DNA of 63,731 nucleotides, taken from positions 1-63,731 of the forward strand of contig CANRAL010000003.1 of the NCBI GenBank assembly GCA_947628585.1, given 5' to 3'. A program made the position numbers and the translations under genes. This document shows positions 54,470 to 63,731 of the stretch, piece by piece. The stretch is from an uncultured Bacilli bacterium (GTDB taxonomy: Bacteria > Bacillota_I > Bacilli_A > RF39 > UBA660). The notes under the pieces were generated by a model that saw only the letters and a program-made list of their open reading frames with translations, was not told the DNA's origin and did not search any database. How positions within the stretch are numbered: position 1 is the first letter of the stretch; each line of letters begins with the position of its first letter.

Positions 54470-55570
54470 TTATTCTCCTAAAAAGTCTCTAAGTTTTTTC
54501 GCCCGAGATGGATGCCGAAGTTTTCTTAATGCTTTGGCTTCAATTTGTCTAATTCTTTCTCTAGTTACATTAAAACGTTTTCCTACTTCTTCTAAAGTAT
54601 GACAAGTTCCATCAATAAGACCAAACCGCAATTCTAATACTTCTTGTTCTCGAGCTTGTAAAGACATTAAAACTTCTTTAATTTCCTTTTTTAACATCTC
54701 ATTTTCGGTAAATTCTTCAGGTGATAGGCAAGATTCATCTTTTAGAAAATCCCCAAAATTAGAATCTTCTTCTTCACCTATTGGTGTTTCTAAAGATAAT
54801 GGTTCTTGACTTATTTTTAGAACTTCCCTAACTTTTTCAGGAGAAATATTCATTTTTTTAGCAATTTCTTCTTCAGTAGGATCCCGATTTAAATCCAAGG
54901 TTAATTGTCTTTGAACGCGAGTCAATTTATTAATAGTTTCGACCATATGAACGGGTACCCTAATAGTTCGCGCTTGATCGGCAAGAGCCCGGGTAATAGC
55001 TTGACGAATCCACCAAGTAGCATATGTAGAAAATTTGTAACCTTTGTCATAATCAAATTTATCTACTGCTTTCATTAAGCCAATATTACCTTCTTGAATT
55101 AAATCTAAGAAAAGTAATCCCCGACCAACATATCTTTTGGCAATACTAACAACTAACCGGAGATTTGATTCCGCTAAAATTCTTTTAGCTTCTTCATCCC
55201 CTGCGGCAACTCTTTTACTGATTTCCATTTCTTGTTCGGGACTCAATAAAGAAATCCGACCAATTTCTTTTAAATACATTCTAACGGGATCATTAATATT
55301 GGTATCTTTCGTGATATCTTCTTCTACAAGAATAATATCTTCAATTTTTTCATTTTTCTTTCGAACATTACCGCTTTCATCCACATCACTTTCAGGGATA
55401 ACATTAATGTTATTTTCGACAAATTTATTATATAATTCGTCTAAAGCATCACTATCAATTTCTAAACCTTTTAATTCTTCCGCTAATTGTTCAAAAGTTA
55501 TAAATCCTTTTTCTTTTCCTAATTTAATTAAACTTTCTTCGCGTTCTTGCAATGTCTTAATTTTCTTCAT
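54470..55570 (-). CDS. rpoD: Primary sigma factor
   Basis: Motifs [33 protein letters not shown] and [25 protein letters not shown]. Confidence 0.95.
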   Translation of the reverse strand: MKKIKTLQEREESLIKLGKEKGFITFEQLAEELKGLEIDSDALDELYNKFVENNINVIPESDVDESGNVRKKNEKIEDIILVEEDITKDTNINDPVRMYLKEIGRISLLSPEQEMEISKRVAAGDEEAKRILAESNLRLVVSIAKRYVGRGLLFLDLIQEGNIGLMKAVDKFDYDKGYKFSTYATWWIRQAITRALADQARTIRVPVHMVETINKLTRVQRQLTLDLNRDPTEEEIAKKMNISPEKVREVLKISQEPLSLETPIGEEEDSNFGDFLKDESCLSPEEFTENEMLKKEIKEVLMSLQAREQEVLELRFGLIDGTCHTLEEVGKRFNVTRERIRQIEAKALRKLRHPSRAKKLRDFLGE

Positions 55571-55572
55571 AT

Positions 55573-57282
55573 CTACACTTCCTTTTTTATTTCCGCTAAT
55601 TTATTTAATATTTCCAACTTTTTATTTATATCTACTTCATTTTTTAAACTTTGTTTTAAATTTTTTATTTCATCTTTTTTTAATTCATTTATAATAACAT
55701 CTAAACACGTGTTAAATTCTTCCATATTAATATCATTAATAGTATTAATAATTTGACTTACTTCCGGCCATATTTCTTTATTATCCGCAATAAAAGTCGT
55801 AAAATCGGCAATATTTATTCCATTATGATTATTATAATAATATATTATTTCACTCGCTATTATTCTATCCGTTTTATCCTTAAAATATCCTAATTTTTCC
55901 TTATATATTCGAATATATTTAGAATCATTCATCATAGCATATAAAATATAATTTTTCGCAATTTCATACTTGGTTTTTATTTTCTTTACTACTTTAGGTT
56001 TTTCTTCTTTTACTTCCTTAACCTTTAAGTTACTTTTTAGAATATCTTTATCAATGTTGTAAGTCTTACTTAAATTATTTAAAACCATCTCCTTTGTTAA
56101 ATTATCATATTCATCTAAGCTGGATAAAACTTCCTTGATGTATTTTACCACATCATTTAAAGAATTTAAATCTTTATTTTGCGATAAATACTTTAATTTA
56201 AAATCAATATAGGTGGGAGCATGATTTAAACAGTCTTTTAAAGCATCAATTCCCTTAGAACGAATATATTCATCGGGATCTTTAGCACCACTTAAACGAA
56301 CTACGGAAACTTCAATTTTATTTTTTACTAACTTTTCGCCTACATCAATTGTCGCATCTAAGCCAGCCTTATCATTATCTAGCATCAATAAAACTTTAGC
56401 GTGAGTTTTAGCAATTTCTTTTATCTCTTCGTTAGAAATAGCTACTCCCATTAAAGCAACAACATTTTTAATACCCCAACTACTTAGCATTATCGCATCC
56501 ATATTGCCTTCAACTATTATTATAGTTTTACTTTCTTTAATATATTTTTTCGCATTATGATAATTAAATAGTATTTGACTTTTTCGATAAATACTAGTTT
56601 CTTTGGTATTCATATACTTACTTGCAACACTTTCCGTATAAATTCTTCCCGTGAAAGCAACTATTTCGCCACTCATATTCTCAATAGGAATCATTATCCG
56701 ATAAGAAAAAAAGTCATAAACATCAATTCCAGATTTAGTTATTAACCCCACCTTTTCCATTTCATCAAAAGAAAAGTTTTTTCTTTGTAAAAAGGTATTT
56801 AATTCTTTACTATCTAAAGCTAAACCAATTTTAAATTCTTTTATTATATCCTCATTAATACCACGATTTAGCAAATATTTTTTGGCCTCTAACCCTTTAT
56901 CAGTATTTAAATTATTCGAATAATATTTTGCTGCCAAATCATACATTTCATATTCTCTTTTGGAAACTTTATTTTCTTTTTCTAGATTTACTTTTAAATT
57001 ATAACCAATTTTTTCAGCTACTATTTTGACAGCTTCTAAAAAATTAACATTTTCATATTTCATAATAAAACTAAAGACATTACCACCAGTTCGACAGGTA
57101 AAGCAATTAAATATCTGCCGGTCAGGAGAAACAACCAAACTCGGAGAATGATCATCATGAAAAGGACATACTGCTACATAATTTTTGCCTTTTCGTTGTA
57201 ATTGCAAATAATCACCTATTACGTCCACTATATCGGCTTCTTGTCGTATTTTATTTATTTCGGTTTCTTCAATATATCCCAT
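55573..57282 (-). CDS. dnaG: DNA primase
   Basis: Zinc finger [11 protein letters not shown]...[20 protein letters not shown]...DNDKAG. Confidence 0.95.
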   Translation of the reverse strand: MGYIEETEINKIRQEADIVDVIGDYLQLQRKGKNYVAVCPFHDDHSPSLVVSPDRQIFNCFTCRTGGNVFSFIMKYENVNFLEAVKIVAEKIGYNLKVNLEKENKVSKREYEMYDLAAKYYSNNLNTDKGLEAKKYLLNRGINEDIIKEFKIGLALDSKELNTFLQRKNFSFDEMEKVGLITKSGIDVYDFFSYRIMIPIENMSGEIVAFTGRIYTESVASKYMNTKETSIYRKSQILFNYHNAKKYIKESKTIIIVEGNMDAIMLSSWGIKNVVALMGVAISNEEIKEIAKTHAKVLLMLDNDKAGLDATIDVGEKLVKNKIEVSVVRLSGAKDPDEYIRSKGIDALKDCLNHAPTYIDFKLKYLSQNKDLNSLNDVVKYIKEVLSSLDEYDNLTKEMVLNNLSKTYNIDKDILKSNLKVKEVKEEKPKVVKKIKTKYEIAKNYILYAMMNDSKYIRIYKEKLGYFKDKTDRIIASEIIYYYNNHNGINIADFTTFIADNKEIWPEVSQIINTINDINMEEFNTCLDVIINELKKDEIKNLKQSLKNEVDINKKLEILNKLAEIKKEV

Positions 57283-57312
57283 TTTTTCCCTCTACTTATA
57301 TATATTACGGTT

Positions 57313-58203
57313 TTATGCCTTATTTCCTTTATTTTTTGGTAATTTTATTTTAATTTTAGAAAAATTTAGCAAAATACTGCCAATTAAAATAGCTAAATAA
57401 ACTCCATCATAATAACTTAAGAATTTTGAAAATAATGCTGCCAAAATGCCAATAAATCCACTATAAATAATTTTTTTCATCTTAGTATTAGGGCTATGAA
57501 AATTATTACTAGCAACAAAAATAAAAGCAAATAATACATTAGCATTAAATAAAAAATTAAAATCAAACTTTTTATTTATTAAAAAATCTCCACCTATTAA
57601 AAGAAAATAACATAAATAACTGACAAGAGGAATTAAACTTTTAATACTTTTTCGATAACTTAAATAAATAAAAGCCCAAATGAGAAAAATAAAGCTAGTT
57701 CCAGCCCACGGACCTATTTGATGCCCTAATAAAATATCCCAATAATTATAAGAATAATTATAATTAAGTTCCAAAGTATTAGCATAATTATAATTAAAAT
57801 TTCCTAAAAAGAAACCAGTCATTAATAATTTTAATAAAGATACTTCACTAAATTGCCATTCTTTCTTAAAAAAACTAATAATAACTAAAAAGATAACCAT
57901 AATTGTATAAATATAAATATTAGTATTCCAACTTATCATTAGGCTAAAAACTAAAAAATTTATAAATTCATAATTTAACTGAAAATGCTTTTCTTTCCCC
58001 AAAATATATAAAGTATAACCTAATATACTAATTAAAGAATAAATTAAAGGATAAAATATTTTACTTAAAGAAATTAAATTTTTTTGATACATTAAATAAC
58101 CATTTTTATATAAACCAAATATTATTAAAGGTACTAAGGCAATAATATAATCTAAAACAATACTTTTTTCATTTTTTTTATCATGAACTATCATTTTTTT
58201 CAC
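57313..58203 (-). CDS. Polytopic membrane protein, RnfD/NqrB-like (degenerate)
   Basis: N-terminal LDYIIALVPLIIFGLYKNG resembles RnfD. No obvious SGAT-type flavinylation motif. Overlaps the upstream RnfC-like gene. Confidence 0.4.
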   Translation of the reverse strand: MKKMIVHDKKNEKSIVLDYIIALVPLIIFGLYKNGYLMYQKNLISLSKIFYPLIYSLISILGYTLYILGKEKHFQLNYEFINFLVFSLMISWNTNIYIYTIMVIFLVIISFFKKEWQFSEVSLLKLLMTGFFLGNFNYNYANTLELNYNYSYNYWDILLGHQIGPWAGTSFIFLIWAFIYLSYRKSIKSLIPLVSYLCYFLLIGGDFLINKKFDFNFLFNANVLFAFIFVASNNFHSPNTKMKKIIYSGFIGILAALFSKFLSYYDGVYLAILIGSILLNFSKIKIKLPKNKGNKA

Positions 58204-59321
58204 CTTACCTTATTTTTAATATTTATATAACAGGGACAAACATAATTACATAAACCACAATGAATACATTTAGAATTTTTACTATTATTTTCCTTTAAAG
58301 GATTTATTCCCATAGGACAAATATTTACACATCTTCCACAATTTATACAGCGATGAGCCCTAATTTTTTTATTAGGTATTATTAAAATAATTTTAATAGC
58401 ATCATCAATTATTACATCATCACTTAATAAAGGATTACCTTGCATTAATCCATTAATCATAATGGTACTATCATTTTTAATAGTATAATTTTTAAGTAAC
58501 TCTTTTAAAGAAGTTCCTTTTTTTATTTTAACAACTTCGCCCTTTTCTTTTAAATTAATACCCCCAATAGAAACTAAAAAATCTTCTCTTTTTACACCTT
58601 TAGTCAATAAATCATATAAATCAATTGCTTCCCTTATATTTAAATATAAGGAATTTCGAACATCAACTTTAAAATATTCTTTAAAAGCAAATTCTTTTTC
58701 CAATAAATATAAATCATCAGCCAAAGAAATATTAATAAAAGGATAAGTTCCAATAGTACTTATACATTCTTCAATTATCGAACTATCACAGTCTTTTAAA
58801 TAAATATTACATTTCTTACAATTATATAAAATTCTTAAACCTTCAATTAAATTAAGTATATCATTTAAGTTTTCTTTAAAAAGCATAATATTTGTTTTAC
58901 TATAAGGTTCATCTTCAATAATATTAATTATTATATTATCTACTTGCTTAATACTTTTAAATTTATTAAGTAAATTTTTATCTTTTTTTAATGATTCTAA
59001 TAAAAAAGAATATGTTAAATTTTTTAAACTTTTTCTTTTAAAATTATTTCTTTTTTCCCGAAAATCATTTTTAATAACTAGACATTTTTGATTTTTACCA
59101 TCAATAAACATATTCTTTAAACCAAATATATTTCCAGAAATAGGACTAGTAATATTATAGTTATTTAAAAATAAATAATCATCTTTATAGACATAATCAT
59201 TTTGATTATATTTTAATTTATTATTATTAAGGGGTATGTAAATATAATCAGGGTTTAAAAATTCCTTGATACTTTCTTTAATTATAATGGTATCAGGTTT
59301 TTCTAAATGAATAAATTTCAT
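58200..59321 (-). CDS. RnfC-like protein with 2 x [4Fe-4S] ferredoxin motifs (no NADH/FMN-binding glycine motif seen)
   Basis: CINCGRCVNICP and CIHCGLCNYVCP at the C-terminus. SLBB-like KIKKGTSLKELL...INGLMQGNPL. N-terminal TSPISGNIFGLKNM. Confidence 0.5.
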   Translation of the reverse strand: MKFIHLEKPDTIIIKESIKEFLNPDYIYIPLNNNKLKYNQNDYVYKDDYLFLNNYNITSPISGNIFGLKNMFIDGKNQKCLVIKNDFREKRNNFKRKSLKNLTYSFLLESLKKDKNLLNKFKSIKQVDNIIINIIEDEPYSKTNIMLFKENLNDILNLIEGLRILYNCKKCNIYLKDCDSSIIEECISTIGTYPFINISLADDLYLLEKEFAFKEYFKVDVRNSLYLNIREAIDLYDLLTKGVKREDFLVSIGGINLKEKGEVVKIKKGTSLKELLKNYTIKNDSTIMINGLMQGNPLLSDDVIIDDAIKIILIIPNKKIRAHRCINCGRCVNICPMGINPLKENNSKNSKCIHCGLCNYVCPCYINIKNKVR

Positions 59322-59375
59322 ACTACCACCATTTAGATTATACAATAAATAATGACGAAAAAAAAGCCAAAAGCA

Positions 59376-61169
59376 TTATTTTTCATGGGAAATTTCGGTA
59401 TTATTAGTAGTAAACTTTTCTAAAAATTCTTTTAATTTAATAGCCACATTTAAAGGAACTATTTTTTGTAATTCCTCAACTGGTGCTTCTTTCATTTTCA
59501 CAACACTGCCATATTTTTTAATTAAAGCTTTTTTTCTTACATCGCCAATACCTTCAATATTATCTAAAATACTTTTAATACTACCTTTACTTCTAATTTG
59601 TTTATGATAATTAATAGTATAACGATGGACTTCATCTTGAATTCGAGTTAAATAATGAAAAATATCACTACTTCTTGGAATTTCAATAATTTCTAAAGTC
59701 TCTCCATCAATAAGTTCATTGGTTCGATGCTTATCATCTTTTTTTAAACCACATACTTTTATATTTAAATTTAGACTTTTTAAAACGTCATTACAAGCAT
59801 TTATTTGATTAATTCCACCATCAACTAAAATTAAATCGGGAAAAGTTAATTTATCTACTAAAACTCGATAATAACGGCGATATATTACTTCTTTCATTGT
59901 ATTATAATCATCATTTTTATCGACACTAATTTTATACTTTCGATATTCTTTCCGAGCTGGTTTACCATTTAGAAAAACTACCATTCCACTTACAGCAAAA
60001 GAACCAAAAAGATTAGAATTATCAAACGCTTCAATTCGATCTAAAGTATCTAAATGTAATAATTCTTGCAATTCTTGATTAGCTCCTTCTGTTCTTTTTT
60101 CATTTCTTTCAATAATCTTTAGTTCTTGTTCTAATGCTATTTTAGCATTATTATAAGCCATAAGTAATAATTCCTTTTTCTTTCCTTTTAAAGGAGTATA
60201 TACTTTAGTATTTAAAATATTACCAATAATTTCTTTATTAATATTATCGCAAACAATTAATTCTTTTGGTATTTCATGGTTGGTATAAAAGTTTAAGATA
60301 TAACCATTTATTTCATCAATTTCATCTTTTATTAGATAAAATTTTTCATTACTTCCCCCCACAATTTTCCCATTTCTTAAAAATAAAATTTGGACTGATA
60401 TTATTCCATCATCTAAATAATAGTTTAAAACATCCCGATTAATATAATCATGAATTTCTACTTTTTGCTTATCTAAAATAATATTAATAAATTTTAATTC
60501 TTCTTTTAAAGTTTGGGCTGCCTCAAAATTTAAATTATTAGATAATATTTCCATTTTTTCCATTATTTTATCTTTGATAATTTTATTATTACCTCTTAAA
60601 AAACTTAAAATATCCCGTTCCATATTTTGTAATTTTTCATGGTCAATATCTTTCATACAATAGCCTAAGCATTCATTAATATGATAATATAAGCACACCT
60701 TTTTAGGATTCCCTTCACACTTTTTTAAAGGATATAGGCGATTAATTAAATTAACTATTCTCCGAGCTGCATATACATTAGGATAAGGCCCAAATAAAAT
60801 CTTTTTATCCTTTTTCTTTATTGAAGTATACCTTGATACTTTAAGTTTAGGATAAGGTTTTTTAATGTATTCGATATAAGGATAAGTTTTATCATCTTTA
60901 AGTAAAATATTATATTTAGGATTATATTGTTTAATTAAATTAAGTTCTAAAATAAAAGCTTCTTGTTCCGTTTTCGTAGTAATATAAGTAAAATCGGTTA
61001 TTTCACTAACTAATTTTAAGGTTTTTCCCGTCACATTTCCTTTAAAATAACTATTTACCCGTTTATATAAATCTTTAGCTTTACCAACATAAATTACTAC
61101 ATTATTTTTATTACGCATTTGATAGCTTCCTGGCAAATGAGGAATAGTTTTTAACTTTTCTTCTAGCAT
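59376..61169 (-). CDS. uvrC: Excinuclease ABC subunit C
   Basis: GIY-YIG motif (PGSYQMRNKNNVVIYVGKAKDLYKRV), a UVR domain and a C-terminal HhH. Confidence 0.95.
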   Translation of the reverse strand: MLEEKLKTIPHLPGSYQMRNKNNVVIYVGKAKDLYKRVNSYFKGNVTGKTLKLVSEITDFTYITTKTEQEAFILELNLIKQYNPKYNILLKDDKTYPYIEYIKKPYPKLKVSRYTSIKKKDKKILFGPYPNVYAARRIVNLINRLYPLKKCEGNPKKVCLYYHINECLGYCMKDIDHEKLQNMERDILSFLRGNNKIIKDKIMEKMEILSNNLNFEAAQTLKEELKFINIILDKQKVEIHDYINRDVLNYYLDDGIISVQILFLRNGKIVGGSNEKFYLIKDEIDEINGYILNFYTNHEIPKELIVCDNINKEIIGNILNTKVYTPLKGKKKELLLMAYNNAKIALEQELKIIERNEKRTEGANQELQELLHLDTLDRIEAFDNSNLFGSFAVSGMVVFLNGKPARKEYRKYKISVDKNDDYNTMKEVIYRRYYRVLVDKLTFPDLILVDGGINQINACNDVLKSLNLNIKVCGLKKDDKHRTNELIDGETLEIIEIPRSSDIFHYLTRIQDEVHRYTINYHKQIRSKGSIKSILDNIEGIGDVRKKALIKKYGSVVKMKEAPVEELQKIVPLNVAIKLKEFLEKFTTNNTEISHEK

Positions 61170-61243
61170 AAAACTTCACCTAAATTTATTATACTACAAA
61201 ATAAAGGAAAAATAAGATATAATATTTTTAAGGTGAAAAAGTT

Positions 61244-61594
61244 ATGCAACTAATAAATACTAGTTTAATTGAAGAAAAAAAATCCAAATTTTTAGGATTT
61301 GCTTACCAAATAAATGATCTTAACGAAATTAAAATAATCATAAAGGAATTAAAAGAAAAACATTCCAAGGCAAAACATATAGTATATGCTTATAAATTAA
61401 AAGAATCCGCGGGAAAAACTGATGATAAAGAACCAAATGGCACCGCGGGCAGTCAAATATATAATTTAATTGAATTAAAGAAATTAGATAATATTTTAAT
61501 TGTTGTCGTTCGTTATTATGGAGGAACAAAATTAGGAGCTGGGCTTTTATCGCGAACATATAAAAATGCCGCGATCGCGGCTTTAGAAAATTAA
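61244..61594 (+). CDS. IMPACT/YigZ-family N-terminal domain protein (short form)
   Basis: Motifs KSKFLGFAY, DDKEPNGTAGSQI and VVRYYGGTKLGAGLLSRTY. No C-terminal DUF1949-like part. Confidence 0.7.
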   Translation: MQLINTSLIEEKKSKFLGFAYQINDLNEIKIIIKELKEKHSKAKHIVYAYKLKESAGKTDDKEPNGTAGSQIYNLIELKKLDNILIVVVRYYGGTKLGAGLLSRTYKNAAIAALEN

Positions 61595-62530
61595 TTATTT
61601 TTTTCTAGTTCTATTCATATTTGGATTATCATTATCTAAATATTCATTTAAACTATTCCAATTTTGAACATAGTTTGAGTATATTTTACTTAAATCATTT
61701 ATTATTAATTCCTTAATTTTTTCTATAGATAAGTTTTTAGCTTCTCCTTTAGTTTCCATAATTATAATATCATCAAAATCATCGGTATATTTCCAAATAA
61801 CTTCTCCTCCCGCGATTTTATAAGAAAATTCTTCTTTTTGGGTAAAGGTTCGATTATCACAAGTATAATTATTAGCATTTATTATTTTTTCTAATATTTC
61901 TTGAGGATCATCTTCATCTGTTAATAAATCCATCATTATTTTAGAATAATTATCTAAAATAATGTTTTCTTGTTCTTTTACCGAAAGTTTTTCGATTGGT
62001 CCAGTAACTTCTAAAATCTTTATTCCTTTCTTTTTAATTAAATACACTACTTTACTACTTCCTTCGTCAGTAATAATATTTAAAGTTTTAATTAAATCAT
62101 TATTGATATATCTTTTTTCCATAATCATAAATGCCTTAAAGCCAGTTGGTCTTTTAGCATATTCTTGTTTTTCATAATTTTCTAATGGTACTAAATTATT
62201 TTTATAATGACTTAACATATCATTATAAAATTGATCATAATTTTTTAATATTCTAAATGGAATAAAAATATTTAACCCTAAAGAAAAAATCATCTTATTT
62301 AGGCTAGAATCTTTTTCCTTTTCCTTTTCTTTATCACTTATATTAGAACTATTATTTAGTTTAATTGTAAAACCAGAATCAGTAATAGATTTTAAAAAGG
62401 AAAAAACTAAAGATGTATATAAGGCCACAGACATAACTACTGATGAGGCATAAAAAACAAGTAATGGAAGTATTAATTTCATAATTATTATATTTATCAT
62501 TTTTTTCACCTGTAAAAAATATGATAACAC
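61595..62530 (-). CDS. Hypothetical membrane-anchored protein
   Basis: 311-aa ORF with N-terminal hydrophobic helices. Confidence 0.5.
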   Translation of the reverse strand: MLSYFLQVKKMINIIIMKLILPLLVFYASSVVMSVALYTSLVFSFLKSITDSGFTIKLNNSSNISDKEKEKEKDSSLNKMIFSLGLNIFIPFRILKNYDQFYNDMLSHYKNNLVPLENYEKQEYAKRPTGFKAFMIMEKRYINNDLIKTLNIITDEGSSKVVYLIKKKGIKILEVTGPIEKLSVKEQENIILDNYSKIMMDLLTDEDDPQEILEKIINANNYTCDNRTFTQKEEFSYKIAGGEVIWKYTDDFDDIIIMETKGEAKNLSIEKIKELIINDLSKIYSNYVQNWNSLNEYLDNDNPNMNRTRKK

Positions 62531-62560
62531 CTTAACTAATTTAATACAAGAAAAAAATAG

Positions 62561-62860
62561 TTAAATAATATCATTAACTATTTTCTTTAATTCTTCAATA
62601 TTCCGGAATCCAATTTCTTTTTTTACTTCTTTGCCATCTTTAAAAAAGATTAAAGTGGGAATACTCATAATACCAAATTGTTTTGCAATATCGGGAAAAA
62701 GATCAACATTTACTTTTAAAACATTAATAAAAGTAACTTCTTCTAGTATGGGAGCAAGCATTTGACAAGGTCCACACCAATCAGCATAAAAATCGACAAG
62801 GAAAGGATCATTTTGAATAATATCCTTTAAATTTTCTCCTTCTTTTAAATGTTTAACCAT
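62561..62860 (-). CDS. trxA: Thioredoxin
   Basis: WCGPC active site and MSIPTLIFFKDG. Confidence 0.9.
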   Translation of the reverse strand: MVKHLKEGENLKDIIQNDPFLVDFYADWCGPCQMLAPILEEVTFINVLKVNVDLFPDIAKQFGIMSIPTLIFFKDGKEVKKEIGFRNIEELKKIVNDII

Positions 62861-62873
62861 AAAACCTCCTTAT

Positions 62874-63566
62874 TTAAGAGAATGTTACATTCTCTATATC
62901 TATTTTATTTTTTTCTCCTAATTTTTCGACATCTTCGACACTAATAATATTATAATGAATTAAAGTAGATAAAACTTGAACGTTTAATTCTTTTCTATTT
63001 TCACTTTTAAAATTATTAGCTAATTTATTTATATCATTTAAAGCCAAAGTAGTTTTGTTCATTACGGTACTCATAAATGGCATTCTTTCTAGTAAAATTA
63101 TTCCCATTTCACTATCTTCTACATAATTCGTTGTCGCAGGAATATGGAAAAGAATAAATATTACGATGAAAGCAAAAGCAATACCTTCGATAGCTCCTAA
63201 AATTAAGCCTAAAATTTTAGAAGGAATAGCCAAAACAATAGTCATTTTAAGTAATTTTTCGACTAAGCCAGACAAGGAAACAAAAATGTTTAAAATACAA
63301 TATAAAACGACATAAATTACAACGAAGGATACTAATTCATAAATTAAAATACTCATCGCGGAAACACCACTAAAAATACCACCAAAATCAAAGAATGGCA
63401 ATTTATCCATTAAAAAATTAGCGACTACCCCTTTAAAACTATAGGCAACAATTGCTACACAAACTGTTCCTAATAATTGTACTAAACTTTTAATTACTCC
63501 TTTTTTAAAACCAAAAAGACCACCAAAGACTAAAAAAACTATAATTATAATATCAACAAAATTCAC
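62874..63566 (-). CDS. cvpA: CvpA-family membrane protein
   Basis: N-terminus MNFVDIIIIVFLVFGGLFGFKKGVIKSL, with 4 TM helices. Confidence 0.7.
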   Translation of the reverse strand: MNFVDIIIIVFLVFGGLFGFKKGVIKSLVQLLGTVCVAIVAYSFKGVVANFLMDKLPFFDFGGIFSGVSAMSILIYELVSFVVIYVVLYCILNIFVSLSGLVEKLLKMTIVLAIPSKILGLILGAIEGIAFAFIVIFILFHIPATTNYVEDSEMGIILLERMPFMSTVMNKTTLALNDINKLANNFKSENRKELNVQVLSTLIHYNIISVEDVEKLGEKNKIDIENVTFS

Positions 63567-63731
63567 TAATAAACCCTTCTTTCTATTAACATAATTATAT
63601 TATAAAAGAGATGAAAAAAAAAGTCAATTATGATAAAATAATTAAAGAGGGAGATAGTCTGAAAGAAAAAATAAAATTTATTTTATAAAAATATTAAAAA
63701 AAGGGCAGACTTCCCCTTACCCCAAAGAAAG

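Noticed and set aside
55137-55756. + strand ORFs 55137..55694 (185 aa) and 55547..55756 (69 aa).
   Set aside because: They are antisense to rpoD and dnaG and have a serine/leucine/phenylalanine low-complexity composition. These are shadow ORFs.
1-63731. CRISPR arrays, tRNA or rRNA genes, transposases/IS elements, and classic defence systems (restriction-modification, CBASS, toxin-antitoxin pairs).
   Set aside because: I found no regularly spaced direct repeats, cloverleaf-capable segments, DDE or serine/tyrosine transposase motifs, or recognisable defence-gene signatures. The only large repeat is the phage dimer.

Overview
This is a very AT-rich, standard-code (TGA = stop) chromosomal window from a low-GC Bacillota-type organism. 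Gene order is Bacillus-like: relA-dtd...hisS-aspS-asnS-gatCAB, then a 6S-like RNA-tcdA-rarA, and dnaG-rpoD-trmK, uvrC, trxA, cvpA. Genes on the left (about 15.5-33.4 kb) run on the + strand and genes on the right (47.7-63.6 kb) run on the - strand. They converge on 38.4-47.5 kb, as expected at a replication terminus.

At that convergence point sits the main feature: two apparently identical head-to-tail copies (period 4,567 bp, 38369-47516) of a small integrase-less element with the architecture of a filamentous ssDNA phage (inovirus/plectrovirus type). Each copy carries:
- a divergent ribbon-helix-helix repressor gene, absent from the ORF track;
- two small ORFs;
- a 62-aa major-coat-like protein followed by a terminator;
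- two hidden hydrophobic micro-ORFs;
- pIII-like and pVI-like membrane proteins;
- a TM + P-loop pI/Zot-like morphogenesis ATPase;
- a RepB (pMV158-family) HUH rolling-circle initiator, preceded by a hairpin whose loop carries the pMV158-type nick sequence TACTACGAC.

The array is bounded by a 14-bp core (AGTTAACATAATAT) that is also present at the internal junction. The right-end 28-mer reads as a Firmicutes-type dif site. Together with a host XerC/D-family recombinase gene about 2 kb away, this suggests CTX-phi-like Xer/dif hijacking.

Other items worth a look:
- a candidate 6S RNA upstream of tcdA;
- a hidden 44-aa N/R/S-repeat peptide;
- a HerA-like ATPase operon with two membrane partners;
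- an MBL / nucleotidase-nucleoside-hydrolase fusion / HD operon;
- an accessory left arm (0-14 kb) with repeat, LRR and sigma-like proteins;
- an orphan pilC-pilD pair and an orphan degenerate RnfC/RnfD-like pair;
- a Rel protein whose hydrolase motifs look degenerate.

All family assignments come from motif recognition by eye. No database search was run.
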